Source: an uncultured Akkermansia sp. (GTDB lineage Bacteria > Verrucomicrobiota > Verrucomicrobiia > Verrucomicrobiales > DEV007). Taken from it: DNA of 64,000 nucleotides. Below, in pieces: positions 19,364-29,581 of this stretch. The stretch lies in contig CAZOUP010000003.1 of the NCBI GenBank assembly GCA_964583035.1, positions 25,109 through 89,108 of the forward strand, read 5' to 3'. Below the pieces are notes generated by a model, which saw only the letters and a list, made by a program, of their open reading frames with translations, was not told the DNA's origin and ran no database searches. Made by a program: the position numbers and the translations under genes. Each line of letters opens with the position of its first letter. The stretch's first letter is position 1.

Positions 19364-21247
19364 ATGCGTTTTTTGGTAGAGCTACTCAGAGAAAATACCG
19401 CCATCCGGCGGTGTTTTGCCTTTGTTTTCCATGTTCTAGGCGTTGTCCTGGCCTACACGGCAGCTCATCTCATTCGCTTTGATTTTCGAGTTCCGGAGAA
19501 CCATTGGGTTACTTTTAAGGAATCCCTTGCCTGGGTTGTTTTCGCTTACCTGACCTGCATCATCATCTTCAGGATGCATCAGGGTCTATGGCGGTTTTTC
19601 ACTCTGCGTGACTGCCTCATCACCACTGTTGCGTTCACGATCGGGACGATCCTTGCGGCAGCTCTCGTCTTTGTGAGCAATGGAGTCACCTTCCAGGACG
19701 TCTCCCGATCTGCGTTTATCATCGCTTTTCTACTCCTGCTTCTTTGGGAGATCGGTGCCCGGGGATTGGTCCGGTTGTTTCGGGAGGCCCGGCAGAGTAG
19801 GAAAGGGGTGGCTGGTGGCAGGAATCTTTTGCTTTTCGGAGACCCTGAGGAGGCGGATGCCCTTTTGCGGAGCGTTCAGAGTCACGCGGGCGAGCTGGGA
19901 AGAGTCGTCGGGATTGTCTCAGAAAATCGTCGCCATCATGGTTCCAAGTTGAGGGGGGTGAAAATCCACGCCGGGATCGAAGATGTCGGTGAAATCGTGA
20001 AAAGACTCCAGGCCACGACCTTACTCTTTTTGCCTCCATTTACAGGGCCGCGTCGAATCCGAAGTGTCATTGATGCCCTTTCGGAAAAGAAAATCACCTG
20101 TGACTACCGCGTGATTCCTTCGATGGATGAATTGGCTTCCGGGCGTATCTCGGTCAGCAGCATTCGGAAGGTCGCGATCGAAGACCTTCTTCCCCGGGTG
20201 CCCTACGAGATTGCCCGGGACCGGTTAGTGGGAACGATTGGTGGACGCCGAATTTTAGTGTCCGGCGCGGGAGGCAGTATCGGCTCCGAGATTTGCCGGC
20301 AACTCCTGCACTTTAAACCTGAAGTCATCGTTCTTTTTGAGATCAGTGAGTTTCATCTCTTTGAAGTTGAGCGGGAGCTCATTCCCCGCGCTAAACAAGC
20401 GGGGGTGAAAATTATCGCGGTAGCAGGTGATGTTCGGAGGGCGGATCAGTTGAGAAACGCGATGCGGAGGGCGGGTGGTATCGATCTCTTCTATCACGCG
20501 GCGGCCTACAAGCATGTCGACCTGATGGAGCGGAACCCGGTCTCGTGTTTTCAAAACAACGTGATCGGAACCGAGGTGGCTGCCTCGGTTTCCGAAGAGG
20601 AAGGGGTCGCAGATTTTGTTCTCATCTCGACGGATAAAGCGGTCCGTCCGACGAGCCTGATGGGGTCGAGTAAACGCCTCGCGGAACGTCTCTTGATTGA
20701 GCGCCCTCTCGGCAAGACCTCCTTTAAAGCAGTTCGTTTTGGAAACGTGCTCGGGAGCAACGGCAGCGTGGTCCCTATTTTTCGCGAACAGATCGCGCGT
20801 GGTGGACCAGTGACAGTCACGAGCGATGCGGTGACGCGATACTTCATGACGATTCCGGAAGCGGTCGAGTTGGTCCTGGCGGCAGGAGCAGTGCAGGAAG
20901 ATCGCCGAATTTTCGTGCTGGAGATGGGGGAAGCGGTGAGAATCGACGCCATGGCCCGTCGCATGATTGAGCTTTCCGGGTTGATTCCCGATGTCGATAT
21001 TCCGGTGATTTATACCGGCCTCAAATCCGGCGAGAAGGAATACGAAGAGCTCCTCACTGACGACGAGAATGTCGTCCGCACCGATCTCGACCGGATCTGG
21101 GTGGTCGAGAAAGATGCGCCCGGTGAAGCGGCCCCGGTTGATCTCGGGCGCTTGCTTGAACTGATTGACGACACCGACGAAGAAGGGCTGCGGGCGTATG
21201 CTCACTCCCTCATTCCGGGGAGTAAGCTCATGGAAAACAGGGGGTAA
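19364..21247 (+). CDS. Membrane-bound nucleoside-diphosphate sugar 4,6-dehydratase (PglF/CapD/WbpM family)
   Basis: Four N-terminal TMs, IEDLL, GAGGSIGSE, HAAAYKHV, ISTDKAV, MGSSKR, RFGNVLGSNGSV, RYFMTIPEA. Start at ATG 19364 chosen (ORF extends to 19250). Confidence 0.93.
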   Translation: MRFLVELLRENTAIRRCFAFVFHVLGVVLAYTAAHLIRFDFRVPENHWVTFKESLAWVVFAYLTCIIIFRMHQGLWRFFTLRDCLITTVAFTIGTILAAALVFVSNGVTFQDVSRSAFIIAFLLLLLWEIGARGLVRLFREARQSRKGVAGGRNLLLFGDPEEADALLRSVQSHAGELGRVVGIVSENRRHHGSKLRGVKIHAGIEDVGEIVKRLQATTLLFLPPFTGPRRIRSVIDALSEKKITCDYRVIPSMDELASGRISVSSIRKVAIEDLLPRVPYEIARDRLVGTIGGRRILVSGAGGSIGSEICRQLLHFKPEVIVLFEISEFHLFEVERELIPRAKQAGVKIIAVAGDVRRADQLRNAMRRAGGIDLFYHAAAYKHVDLMERNPVSCFQNNVIGTEVAASVSEEEGVADFVLISTDKAVRPTSLMGSSKRLAERLLIERPLGKTSFKAVRFGNVLGSNGSVVPIFREQIARGGPVTVTSDAVTRYFMTIPEAVELVLAAGAVQEDRRIFVLEMGEAVRIDAMARRMIELSGLIPDVDIPVIYTGLKSGEKEYEELLTDDENVVRTDLDRIWVVEKDAPGEAAPVDLGRLLELIDDTDEEGLRAYAHSLIPGSKLMENRG

Positions 21248-21257
21248 GCCAGCTGAC

Positions 21258-24119
21258 TCACTCTTCCGTCTTCGCAGGTCGCACGATCACCGAGACTTGC
21301 CTGTCCTCAGTGAGGAACTCCTTCGCGAGTTGGTTGACCTCTTCCACGGTGATGCCTTTGTAATCGTCAACAAAGCTGCGCGACCACTCCAGTCTCTCGG
21401 GATACTCTTGGCTTGATTCAACGACACTGCCGAGCCAGTAACGGTTCGTGCGGCGCATTTCCTCGATCTGAGTCACCTGAGGCTTCTTGGCACGCTCCAG
21501 TTCATCCTCAGTGATGCTCTCACCGGTAGCGAGGTCGTCTGCAATTTGCGAGATGACCTGCGTGACTGATTCGGCTTGATCGGGATCGACAGTGACGGAG
21601 GCAAAGAGATAGCCGTAGTCGGTCCAGGTGTCACTCGGGAGGTTGTGAGCGAAGGGGCTGTAGGCATCTCCGAGCTCCTCACGGATCTTGACCCGGAGAC
21701 GATCATCAATGATCGCGGAGAGCATTCCGAGGCGACGGGATTGTTTGATGTCGTAAATATCGGAGGTTGGCCAGTGGACGACGGCCATCCCCTTTGGAAT
21801 TTCGGAATCAAACTCGAATACCTTCGTCGTCGCTTCAGGAAATTTTACGACACGCTCTTCGGTGTAGTCCGGCTTGCTCTCCGCCCGCGCCGGCAGGTTT
21901 CCGAAGGTCTCGGAAAGAGCGGTAATGGCTTCCGCAGGATCAAAGCTGCCAACGACTGAAATCTCGAGATAGCCCTCGTTCAGGTCGGGCATGAGCCATG
22001 CTTTCGCTTCCCCTGTGGTCAGTGCCTCGACTGCGTCGCGCGGTGGATAACCAAACCGCTCGTCTCCCCCGTGGAGGAAAAGAGCGACCTCGTCCTGAGC
22101 AAAGCCGCCAGGGGTCCGCTCCAGTTGCTGATAGATATAATCCAATGCTCTGGTGAACTCATTTGTCGCTTCTTCACGAAATCCTGGATTCGTCATGTAG
22201 GCCCGCATCATGGTGAGCTGGGCGGGGAGATCCTCCGGGGTCGTTTGTCCACTGAGAGTGAATGCGTCATCGTCGATCCCGAAGCCGACGTTGACGGATT
22301 CGCCGGCAAAGATCTGTTTCAACTCGTCCTGGCTATGTGCTTCAAGGCCGCCTTTGGTGAAAATGCTGGAGAGAAGAAACGACAAGCCCGGCTTAGGTTC
22401 GGTGAGGAGGCCTGCTCCGAAGCGGGCTTTGACATAGACGGTGTCATCTTCGTAATCAGTCACCTTCAGGTTCACGCGGACGTTGTTGTCGAATCGAATT
22501 TGGGTCACCCCGATGTCTTCAATTTCATTCTCCCCGGCAATACGACCGGCGGCGGGGAGTTCGCCGTAGGCAAATTCTGAAATCTCCTGAGCCTCAGGCG
22601 GAGTGACCGCTATTGCTTTGCTGGACTCGTAGATGGCTTCCACCGCCGCGACGGCATCTTCGACCTCGGCGTTCCCGGAGAGATAGATCAATGTCTCGCT
22701 GGCGTCGTTCCAGAGGCTGGCAAGTGACTCCTGGCAGGACGCCGCCGTGATCGTGGCGAGAGTTTCCTGCACCCGGGGAAGGTCTTCTGCCGGGTTCGTA
22801 AAGATGCGACGGGTTCCAAGGCGTCGCGCGATTTCGTTCGCGAGATCGCGGGACTGACGGGTGCCCACCTGACGGGCTGCTTCTTCGTAGAGTCGATTGA
22901 TGACCGCTTTGGATTCTTCGAGTTCACCCTCGGTGAAGCCGAATTCGAGGGCCCGTCTCAATTCCTGTTCGATCAAGGTCAGAGCGGCCTCCCAGTTTTC
23001 AGGTTTGCAGTCGGCGCTGATCGAAGTGTAGAGGGCAAATCCGAGATCGTAAAAGTCGCCGGCATGCATGTTGCCGGAGCTGATGGGCGAGTCCTCCTTT
23101 TTTGCGATACGCTCAAGTCGGCGATCCATGATGCGACTCGCGAGCATGAGTTTAAGATCCTCTTCGCGACGTTCCAGGTTGTCGGGTGGATCGATTCGTG
23201 GCTTCGTTGCCTCGATCGAGACGGATGTTTCACCGGCTTCGTTCTCGTAGTGATAGTGGGTCGCGAGTTTGCGCTTCGTGATTTCCCCCATGGGCGGGGC
23301 AGGGCGCTTTTCACGAGTGGGCAGTTCGCCAAAGTACTTCGAGATGGTTTCTTCGATCGCGGCGACTTCGATGTCGCCGACAACGATGATGGCCATGCGG
23401 TTCGGGGTGTACCAGCTTTCGTAGAATTCGACGAATCGCTCACGCGGGGCGTTGGAAATCACTTCTTCGGTGCCGATCGGCATGCGTCGGCTCACGCGAA
23501 TCTCAGGGAAGGCAAATTTGATCTGCTCAACGAAGGTTCGCCAACCCACGGAATCCCGGTCGCGCTTTTCGCTGAGAATGATGCCACGCTCATCTTCGAT
23601 TTCATCGGGGAGAAAAAGCATCCCGTCCGCGTAGTCGCGGAGGAGTTTCATTCCCTCGTCGATGATCTCTGCCTCGGTGTTGGGAAGCTCGAGTTTGTAA
23701 ACCGTCTCGTTGAATGAGGTGTGTGCGTTCGTGTGATTGCCGAAACCCATCCCGAGGCGCTGGAAATACTCCACCATTTCACCGGCGGGGAAGTTCTCGG
23801 TGCCATTGAACGCCATGTGTTCAAGGAAGTGGGCGAGGCCCTGCTGATTGTCGGCTTCCATGAGCGAACCGGCGTCGACGAAAAGGCGCATGCTGACACG
23901 GTTTGGCGGGTCCTCATTAGGGAGAATTGCATACCGCAGGCCGTTCTCGAAAACGCCCCATTTTACGGCGGAATCGGGCGCAATATCACTGTCTTCCTGC
24001 GGCAGAGGAATCGGGGAGTTAGGCGAAGAGGAGTCCTGGCCTATTAAGTTAACCTGCCAGATGACGGCGGCAGCAAGGCAGGTGGCGAAAAATGCAAGGA
24101 AGGCAGGTTTTGGATTCAT
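21258..24119 (-). CDS. M16 zinc peptidase (PqqL/insulinase family), exported
   Basis: GLAHFLEHMAFNGT inverted zinc motif, NAHTSFNETVY, REELGDAY; signal-like N-terminus. Confidence 0.93.
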   Translation of the reverse strand: MNPKPAFLAFFATCLAAAVIWQVNLIGQDSSSPNSPIPLPQEDSDIAPDSAVKWGVFENGLRYAILPNEDPPNRVSMRLFVDAGSLMEADNQQGLAHFLEHMAFNGTENFPAGEMVEYFQRLGMGFGNHTNAHTSFNETVYKLELPNTEAEIIDEGMKLLRDYADGMLFLPDEIEDERGIILSEKRDRDSVGWRTFVEQIKFAFPEIRVSRRMPIGTEEVISNAPRERFVEFYESWYTPNRMAIIVVGDIEVAAIEETISKYFGELPTREKRPAPPMGEITKRKLATHYHYENEAGETSVSIEATKPRIDPPDNLERREEDLKLMLASRIMDRRLERIAKKEDSPISSGNMHAGDFYDLGFALYTSISADCKPENWEAALTLIEQELRRALEFGFTEGELEESKAVINRLYEEAARQVGTRQSRDLANEIARRLGTRRIFTNPAEDLPRVQETLATITAASCQESLASLWNDASETLIYLSGNAEVEDAVAAVEAIYESSKAIAVTPPEAQEISEFAYGELPAAGRIAGENEIEDIGVTQIRFDNNVRVNLKVTDYEDDTVYVKARFGAGLLTEPKPGLSFLLSSIFTKGGLEAHSQDELKQIFAGESVNVGFGIDDDAFTLSGQTTPEDLPAQLTMMRAYMTNPGFREEATNEFTRALDYIYQQLERTPGGFAQDEVALFLHGGDERFGYPPRDAVEALTTGEAKAWLMPDLNEGYLEISVVGSFDPAEAITALSETFGNLPARAESKPDYTEERVVKFPEATTKVFEFDSEIPKGMAVVHWPTSDIYDIKQSRRLGMLSAIIDDRLRVKIREELGDAYSPFAHNLPSDTWTDYGYLFASVTVDPDQAESVTQVISQIADDLATGESITEDELERAKKPQVTQIEEMRRTNRYWLGSVVESSQEYPERLEWSRSFVDDYKGITVEEVNQLAKEFLTEDRQVSVIVRPAKTEE

Positions 24120-24169
24120 GAAGAGGTAAGCGTTGAGAGTCGGGGGTTCTGTTTGCGAAAAGAAGCGGG

Positions 24170-24952
24170 TTAGCGGCGCGGGGAGCCATTGTAGGCGACG
24201 CAGTCGTCATAACTTACGCCTCCTCCACCGAAAATGTCGAGTGCGCTGCCGATCGTGAGATCGACTTTTCCGGCGCTGAGCGAATCGACAAGTTGAAGGT
24301 CCTCGAGTGAGCGGGCCCCTCCGGCATAGGTGATCGGGATTTTCCCCCATTCGCCGAGGAAAGAAACGAGGTCTTCATCGATGCCGGAGCAAAGTCCCTC
24401 GACATCGGCGGCATGGATTAAAAACTCAGCGCAGGAGGAGCTGAGTTCATCGAGAACTCCGGACTCGACTTTGAGGTCAGTAGGCGTCTGCCAGCGGTTC
24501 ATCGCCACGACCCATTCGTCTCCCCGGCGACGGCAACTGAGATCGATAACGAGCCGATCGTTCCCGACTGCTGAGACGAGACGTTCCAACTGATGAGCCT
24601 GAAATCTCGCCTCTGAATCGAAGAGGCACGAGGTCGCGATGACGTGGGACGCTCCCTTTTTTAGCCATGAATCCGCATTTTCAGGGGTGATTCCACCTCC
24701 GATCTGAAGACCTTGGGGATAAGCGGCGAGGGCGGATTCTGCGGCCTCATCGTTTCCGGGGCCGAGTTTGATGACATGACCTCCCTTAAGCTGATCTCTC
24801 GCATAGAGTTCCGCGAACCATCCGGGAGACTGAGTGCTGACAAAGTTTGTCTTCGGGCCTTCCGCCGAGGCTTCAAGAGTCCCGCCCACGATCTGTTTCA
24901 CCTGACCATCGTGCAGGTCGATGCAGGGGCGAAAACGGGTTTGGGAGGACAT
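24170..24952 (-). CDS. hisA: ProFAR isomerase, eukaryote-like (His6-type) HisA
   Basis: FRPCIDLHDGQVKQIVGG, GGHVIKLG, LQIGGGI, LVIDLSCR, EFLIHAADVEG, DLTIGSALDIFGG. Confidence 0.92.
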   Translation of the reverse strand: MSSQTRFRPCIDLHDGQVKQIVGGTLEASAEGPKTNFVSTQSPGWFAELYARDQLKGGHVIKLGPGNDEAAESALAAYPQGLQIGGGITPENADSWLKKGASHVIATSCLFDSEARFQAHQLERLVSAVGNDRLVIDLSCRRRGDEWVVAMNRWQTPTDLKVESGVLDELSSSCAEFLIHAADVEGLCSGIDEDLVSFLGEWGKIPITYAGGARSLEDLQLVDSLSAGKVDLTIGSALDIFGGGGVSYDDCVAYNGSPRR

Positions 24953-24982
24953 AGGAGCCGGAAATTAACCGAGGAAGCGAGT

Positions 24983-26014
24983 TTATGCGACGCAGAAAAA
25001 GTCTTTCCCTTCGACCCTCCCGATTCCCAATGCTTGATTGCGAATGTGATTTCTCGCTGTTTCATTTCCCACGGCACCAAGAAGGACAGGCTGCGAGGGA
25101 AGGGATGTCAGATCCTGGAAATCGACGACCTCAATTCCGGCGATCCGGTTTCCGATTTTTTTAGGATTCACTTCGATAAAGTAGTGAACCTCGATCGCCT
25201 TTTCGATGAGTAGTTTCGCGATTCGTTTTCCAATGGGGCCGGCACCCCGGATCATGACGCCGCATGATTGGATCGCTTCGACCCTCGACAAAAAGTGGGC
25301 TTTGGCTTTTTGAAATTGGTCCTGCTCGTAGCGGGGGATCGTGCGTGTCGAACGATTTGCGGAATCGTGCCAGTCGAGGAGTTGCGCCGGAACTTTTCCG
25401 ATTCGGTAACCGGCTTCGAGAAATCGCAGCCAGAAATCGTAGTCTTCCGCCCAGGTCGGGTCATGATAACCTCCCAGTGATGTCAGCACTTCGCGCTTAA
25501 TCATCATGGTTGGATTCGGAATCGGGCTGTCGATAAAACGCTGCGCGAAAATTTCGTCGGGCGTGATCGCCGAATTCACCCAGGATTCGTAGCGCGAGTA
25601 TCCACCGTCGGGAGGAATGTCTTCACCGCGCTCACTTCCTCGTTTCCGGATTTTGACCTGCGTGCAGGAGGCTTCCAGTTCAGGGTGGTCACGGAGAAAC
25701 CTGAGCTGCGAGGAGAGCCGTTCCGGGTGGGCGACGTCGTCACTATCCATCCGGGCAATGAGGTCGGCAGTGGCCATTTCCCAGGCGAGGTTGGCGGCTT
25801 CGACAAAGGTTCCGTCGCAAGAGAGGGCGCGGATTCTTGAGTCCTCGCTGGCCGCTTTTTTAATGATCTCGCCGGTCGCATCCACTGAGGCGTGATCGAC
25901 GAGGATGATTTCGATTTCGCGAAGATCCTGAGCCTGAAGACTGCGAATTGATTCATCCAGGGTGGTCGCCGCATTTTTCACCGGCATGACGACTGAAACG
26001 AGTGGCTTCTTCAT
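24983..26014 (-). CDS. GT2 glycosyltransferase with C-terminal Rossmann-like domain
   Basis: VSVVMPVKN, ARMDSDD (DxD), AEDYDFWLR; C-terminal GAGPIGK. Confidence 0.9.
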   Translation of the reverse strand: MKKPLVSVVMPVKNAATTLDESIRSLQAQDLREIEIILVDHASVDATGEIIKKAASEDSRIRALSCDGTFVEAANLAWEMATADLIARMDSDDVAHPERLSSQLRFLRDHPELEASCTQVKIRKRGSERGEDIPPDGGYSRYESWVNSAITPDEIFAQRFIDSPIPNPTMMIKREVLTSLGGYHDPTWAEDYDFWLRFLEAGYRIGKVPAQLLDWHDSANRSTRTIPRYEQDQFQKAKAHFLSRVEAIQSCGVMIRGAGPIGKRIAKLLIEKAIEVHYFIEVNPKKIGNRIAGIEVVDFQDLTSLPSQPVLLGAVGNETARNHIRNQALGIGRVEGKDFFCVA

Positions 26015-26018
26015 TCAC

Positions 26019-26045
26019 AAAAAAAGCCCCGGTATAAACCGGGGC
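26019..26045 (-). terminator. Rho-independent terminator after rplY
   Basis: Minus strand GCCCCGGT-TTAT-ACCGGGGC followed by T7. Confidence 0.85.
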
Positions 26046-26084
26046 CTTTGAAAATCGGTGAAGTGAAAAGGTCTGCCTACGGGG

Positions 26085-26747
26085 TTATTCAGCCGAAGCT
26101 TCTTCTCCGCCCTCGCCCTCTGCGGCGGCTTCTTCGCCTTCAGCACCTTCAGCGGCACCACCACCGCCTTCGGAGGCTGCAGCGCGAGTCTGAACGACGA
26201 GACCGACGATCACTTCCCCGTCCATCTTGATGAGGACGTCAGCAGGAAGCTCGAGATCTTTGACCTTGAGCGAATCTCCGATGTTAAGAGCGGAGACATC
26301 GCTTTCGATCGATTCGGGGAGATCGGAGGGTCGGCAGGAGACATCAATTTCGCGGAGAACCTGTTCGAGGAGACCACCAGCCTTAACGCCTGCGGGTTCG
26401 CCGGTGAGCTTGATTGGAATCGTCGCGTGAATCGTGTCGTTCTCATTAACGGCGCGGAAATCGACATGAATCAGTTGTCCGGTGAGTGGGTCACGCTGAA
26501 TGTCCTGGACGATCGCGAGCTTGGTCTTTTCCTGCGCCCCATCAATCTCAAGATTGACGATGAAGTTCTGGCTGGCCTGCTTTTTCGCGACTTCGAAGAA
26601 ATTCTTCGAGTTCATCTGAATCATGTATTCCCGCTGATTTGACCCGTAGATCACAGCGGGAACGATTCCGGAACGACGAAGTCGTTTCGAAGCGGTGGTG
26701 CCTTTAACGTCGCGTTTTTCGGCTTGAAGCGTTTCCTGGATAGCCAT
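26085..26747 (-). CDS. rplY: 50S ribosomal protein L25/Ctc (long form)
   Basis: RLRRSGIVPAVIYG, IHVDF, GVKAGG, acidic tail; downstream of prs. Confidence 0.97.
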   Translation of the reverse strand: MAIQETLQAEKRDVKGTTASKRLRRSGIVPAVIYGSNQREYMIQMNSKNFFEVAKKQASQNFIVNLEIDGAQEKTKLAIVQDIQRDPLTGQLIHVDFRAVNENDTIHATIPIKLTGEPAGVKAGGLLEQVLREIDVSCRPSDLPESIESDVSALNIGDSLKVKDLELPADVLIKMDGEVIVGLVVQTRAAASEGGGGAAEGAEGEEAAAEGEGGEEASAE

Positions 26748-26822
26748 GGTCTCGTTTGGTAGGTGTAAATTGGTCGCTCAATCGGGCAGCCCGGTTTGAG
26801 GGCGCGAAATTTAAGCTACCTC

Positions 26823-27761
26823 TCACGCAATGTCAAAGAGAGATGTCACGGACTCTTCATCGTGAATTCGGCGAATCGCTTCCCCTAAAAGCTCTGCCAC
26901 GCTGACGACGGTGACTTTTTCCCCGACCGCGTAAGGCGTGCTGTTCGTCGAGATGAGTTCCTCGATCTCAGATTCCGCGATTCGTTTGCGGCCTTGCTCG
27001 CCGAGAACGGCGTGAGAGACGCCGGCAAAGATACGCTTCGCTCCGCGGGCCCGGAGAAGCTTGGCCGCTGAGGTGAGCGTTCCTGCTGTTTCCGAAATGT
27101 CATCGACGAGGAGGACGTTGCAGCCGTCGACTTCGCCAATCAGGCTGATCGCTTCGACTTCCGTCGCGCTGACGCGATTTTTGGCGACGATGGCGAGAGG
27201 GCACTCAAGCGCTTTTGAATAAGAGTGAGCCATTTTCATCCCGCCGACATCCGGGGAGACGACGACGAGGTTGTCGGTGAGGCCCTTGTCCCGCAGGTAT
27301 TTGAGAAGAACGGGCTTGGCGTAGAGGTGATCAACAGGGATGTCGAAAAACCCCTGAATCTGCCCGGCATGAAGATCCATTGTGAGGACGCGGTTGACCC
27401 CGGCAGCGGTGAGGAGATTGGCGACAAGTTTTGCCGTGATCGGCACCCTCGGCTGGTCTTTGCGATCCTGCCTCGCGTAGCCGTAGAAAGGAATCACGGC
27501 AGTGATGCGGGCGGCACTGGCGCGCCGGGCGGCATCGACCATGATGAGCAACTCCATCAAATTTTCATTGGTGGGAGGGCACGTCGGCTGCACGATGAAA
27601 ATATCGCGACCGCGAATATTTTCGTTAATTTTGACGAAGGTCTCGCCGTCGGGGAACTGGGTCACCGTGAGGTCCGATTTCCGGATCCCCAGATAGCTGA
27701 CGATGTCGTCGGCCAGTTCGGGGTGGGCGGTTCCGCTGAATATTCTGATGTCTAGCGCCAT
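26823..27761 (-). CDS. prs: Ribose-phosphate pyrophosphokinase
   Basis: FPDGE, YARQDRK, DLHAGQIQGFFD, SPDVGG, VDDISETAGTL. ATG at 27761 chosen. Confidence 0.97.
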   Translation of the reverse strand: MALDIRIFSGTAHPELADDIVSYLGIRKSDLTVTQFPDGETFVKINENIRGRDIFIVQPTCPPTNENLMELLIMVDAARRASAARITAVIPFYGYARQDRKDQPRVPITAKLVANLLTAAGVNRVLTMDLHAGQIQGFFDIPVDHLYAKPVLLKYLRDKGLTDNLVVVSPDVGGMKMAHSYSKALECPLAIVAKNRVSATEVEAISLIGEVDGCNVLLVDDISETAGTLTSAAKLLRARGAKRIFAGVSHAVLGEQGRKRIAESEIEELISTNSTPYAVGEKVTVVSVAELLGEAIRRIHDEESVTSLFDIA

Positions 27762-27857
27762 GCCCGACCATCCTCGCGAAATCGTCACAAAACGCCAGAG
27801 AAAACTCCCCCGGATGGAGGCTTTCTGCGGTGAAATCGTAAGAGGTCTGAGAGACGA

Positions 27858-29354
27858 TCACGAACTGAGGGCAACATTTTCGCTGCCGGCGGCCTTTAAA
27901 GAGTCAATTCGACCGCGCAAGTCATTGAGGTCAAACGGTTTCGTGACGACGTCGTCCATGCCCGCGACGAGGCATTTTTCCTTGTCCTCTTCGAACGCCA
28001 TCCCGGTCATCGCGAGAATGTATGCTTTCGCATTTGGATGATCGAGTTGTCGAATCGCCTGCGTTGAGTCGAGACCGTTCATGATTGGCATGTTTACATC
28101 CATGCAAATGAGGCTGAAATGGATGGGGCCATCAGCGAGATCGACCGCTTCTTTTCCGTTGCCGGCAATGGTGACCTCGCATCCGAGTTGTTGGAGTGTT
28201 AGCGAAGCCACTTTCTGATTCACCTTATTGTCTTCGACAAGAAGAACCCGCAGCTTGCCTTCGGCTTTCACGTTATTGGCCTGCGGGGTATCCAGCTTGC
28301 CCCGCGAGACGATATCGGGAATTGCGGAAGCAACCGGTTCGGGCAGCTTGTAGTTCACCGTGAAGAAAAAAGTGGTACCGACACCGCTTTCGCTTTCAAA
28401 CCAGACGCAGCCACCCATTAATTCGACAATGTTTTTTGAGATCGCGAGGCCGAGACCGGTACCGTCATAGCGTCTTTCATCTTCGGAATCGAGCTGACGG
28501 AAAGGTGAGAACAAGGTTTTCCCTGCTTTGGAGGTGATTCCGATTCCGGTGTCTTTGATTTCGAAAAAGAGTTGGTTTCTCCCCGATTTTTCGATTCCCC
28601 GGACCGTGAGGGAGACTTCGCCGCTGTCGGTGAATTTGATCGCATTGCTTACCAGATTGGAAATCACCTGTTTCAACCTTAGATCATCGAGTGCAAAAGC
28701 ATCGGGGAGGGATTCGCAGATGGTCGCGGAGAGTTCGATATTTTTTTTGTCCGCTGTCGGCTTATACACGAGCAGAACGTCACGGATCAGCTTACTGAGA
28801 TCGAATGTCCTCGGTTTGAGCGGCATCTTGTTGGCGTTGAGCTTCGCGTAGTCAAGAATGTCGTCGAGAATGTTCAGCAACGATTCGCTGGAGGCGTGAA
28901 TCGTGTCGAGATATTCCCGCTGCACGGGGTCGAGTTCCATTTCGAGAAGGAGGTTTACCATCCCGAAAATTCCGTTCATCGGGGTGCGGACCTCGTGGCT
29001 CATGTTTGCGAGAAAGCGCTCCTTCTCGCGGGCCGCTTCCATGACCTCTTCGTTCAGCGCCTCGAGTTCTTCCTGCTTATTGGCCATCGAGGCGGCCATC
29101 TGACGAACGAAGGCGATCAAGGCATGCTCGCCCGGCCGGATCGAGGGGATACGCTGTGTGTGGGAAGGGTATTTGACCATGAACTCCGAGACCACTTTGC
29201 TAAGTTGAGCAATGGTGACTTCGGCTTCAGACTCGCTGGAGACAGGTTGCGCGAAAACAACGTCAGGCCGCACAGGAGGGAGGGACTGTGAGACGTTCAC
29301 GGGTCCGCTAAATCCTGATACCGGGGACGAATAGTCGTGCTCGTCTTGTGTCAT
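27858..29354 (-). CDS. Cytoplasmic hybrid histidine kinase (HisKA-HATPase-REC)
   Basis: FLANMSHEVRTPMNGI, NLVSNAIKFT, DTGIGI, GTGLGL; receiver LLVEDN, MDVNMP, TKP; no TM. Start at 29354 or 29408. Confidence 0.92.
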   Translation of the reverse strand: MTQDEHDYSSPVSGFSGPVNVSQSLPPVRPDVVFAQPVSSESEAEVTIAQLSKVVSEFMVKYPSHTQRIPSIRPGEHALIAFVRQMAASMANKQEELEALNEEVMEAAREKERFLANMSHEVRTPMNGIFGMVNLLLEMELDPVQREYLDTIHASSESLLNILDDILDYAKLNANKMPLKPRTFDLSKLIRDVLLVYKPTADKKNIELSATICESLPDAFALDDLRLKQVISNLVSNAIKFTDSGEVSLTVRGIEKSGRNQLFFEIKDTGIGITSKAGKTLFSPFRQLDSEDERRYDGTGLGLAISKNIVELMGGCVWFESESGVGTTFFFTVNYKLPEPVASAIPDIVSRGKLDTPQANNVKAEGKLRVLLVEDNKVNQKVASLTLQQLGCEVTIAGNGKEAVDLADGPIHFSLICMDVNMPIMNGLDSTQAIRQLDHPNAKAYILAMTGMAFEEDKEKCLVAGMDDVVTKPFDLNDLRGRIDSLKAAGSENVALSS

Positions 29355-29581
29355 TGATTTAAAATTACAATAATTACTATAATTAAGCAAGGTTAGTTTT
29401 AGAATCATCTTTGATGGAAAGGGCTAATTTTCAAAGAGACGCGCCGTAGCCTTTCCGAAATAGCGGGGTTGCATGATTCTTCACACCCTCGTCATCACGA
29501 GACACAATTCGCCGTTATTACGGTCTCAAGATCGACGATGCTTCCGTTGACACCGGGGCGGCAAGGGGTGTTCCTTTTCTA

